Part shown: positions 19,261 to 19,684 of the stretch, piece after piece | Numbering within the stretch: position 1 is the first letter of the stretch | Layout of the letters: each line of letters starts with the position of its first letter | NCBI GenBank assembly: GCA_018985225.1 | Contig: JADGIF010000107.1 | Coordinates: 1 to 19,684 of the forward strand | DNA: 19,684 nt | From: Amoeboradix gromovi X-113 | Lineage: Eukaryota; Fungi; Sanchytriomycota | Direction of reading: 5' to 3' | Notes under the pieces: model-generated | The model's database searches: none | What the model saw: the letters and a program-made list of their open reading frames with translations, nothing else | What the model was told of the DNA's origin: nothing | Made by a program: the position numbers and the translations under genes

Positions 19261-19561
19261 ACTTTAAGACATCAAATATAAAAACTGGACTTACTTTTTG
19301 TAACAACTTGGAACATTATTTAAGAGGCGAGTGGACATTCAGCTAGTTGCGGAGTTGACGAGTATAAAATGCACCTTTTGTTTAGATGCTCAAAGACCTC
19401 GTATATTTGAACGAGATGCAGGGTCTTCTACTTTTATTTGAAGAGGGGATTGAAAGTAATGAAAGAAAATTGGTATAATAGAAGATCTTTTATAGCATTT
19501 CCTCCGTATGGTGCACCTTTAAAACGGGTTAGTCAAGTTTTTATATTTGGTGTCCCAAATG
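19261..19561 (+). mobile_element. MITE copy 3 (~300 bp, more diverged)
   Basis: TIRs actttaagacatcaaatataaaaactggac / gtcaagtttttatatttggtgtcccaaatg. Internal blocks gcaccttttg..caaagacct and aatgaaagaaaattggt are shared with copies 1 and 2. Confidence 0.82.
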
Positions 19562-19684
19562 ATGTAGTTTACTGCCTTTTATTGTCTCATTAATTTTATA
19601 AATACATCTTCCAGTGTTCCTTGACTTATTCCAAACGACTGAATGAATCCCGCATCTGTGCTATTCTCCAGCACTCCTAGTAAT

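Overview
AT-rich, gene-dense eukaryotic DNA in the standard genetic code, most likely from an intron-poor early-diverging fungus (inferred from the Slt2/Mpk1-type MAPK and the compact layout). Housekeeping genes include GH31 glucosidase II alpha, tRNA-Gly(TCC), UBL5/Hub1, a MAPK, RPS17, an F-box/LRR protein, a DASS transporter, a dienelactone hydrolase and a Kelch-TM protein. Transposon debris lies between them. Highlights: (1) An intact gene for a Schlafen/AlbA_2-type nuclease, with two putative N-terminal dsRBD-like domains and a heptad-repeat insert, sits inside a decayed hAT transposon and is bracketed by an exact 86-bp direct repeat. It is a candidate mobile, dsRNA-sensing RNase. (2) Two spliceosomal micro-introns of only 19(22) and 20 nt both start GTATTTC. 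(3) A decayed Fanzor/TnpB RuvC-zinc-finger relic lies near the right end. (4) Three copies of a ~300-bp Tc1/mariner-like MITE are present. All calls come from reading motifs by eye; no database searches were run.
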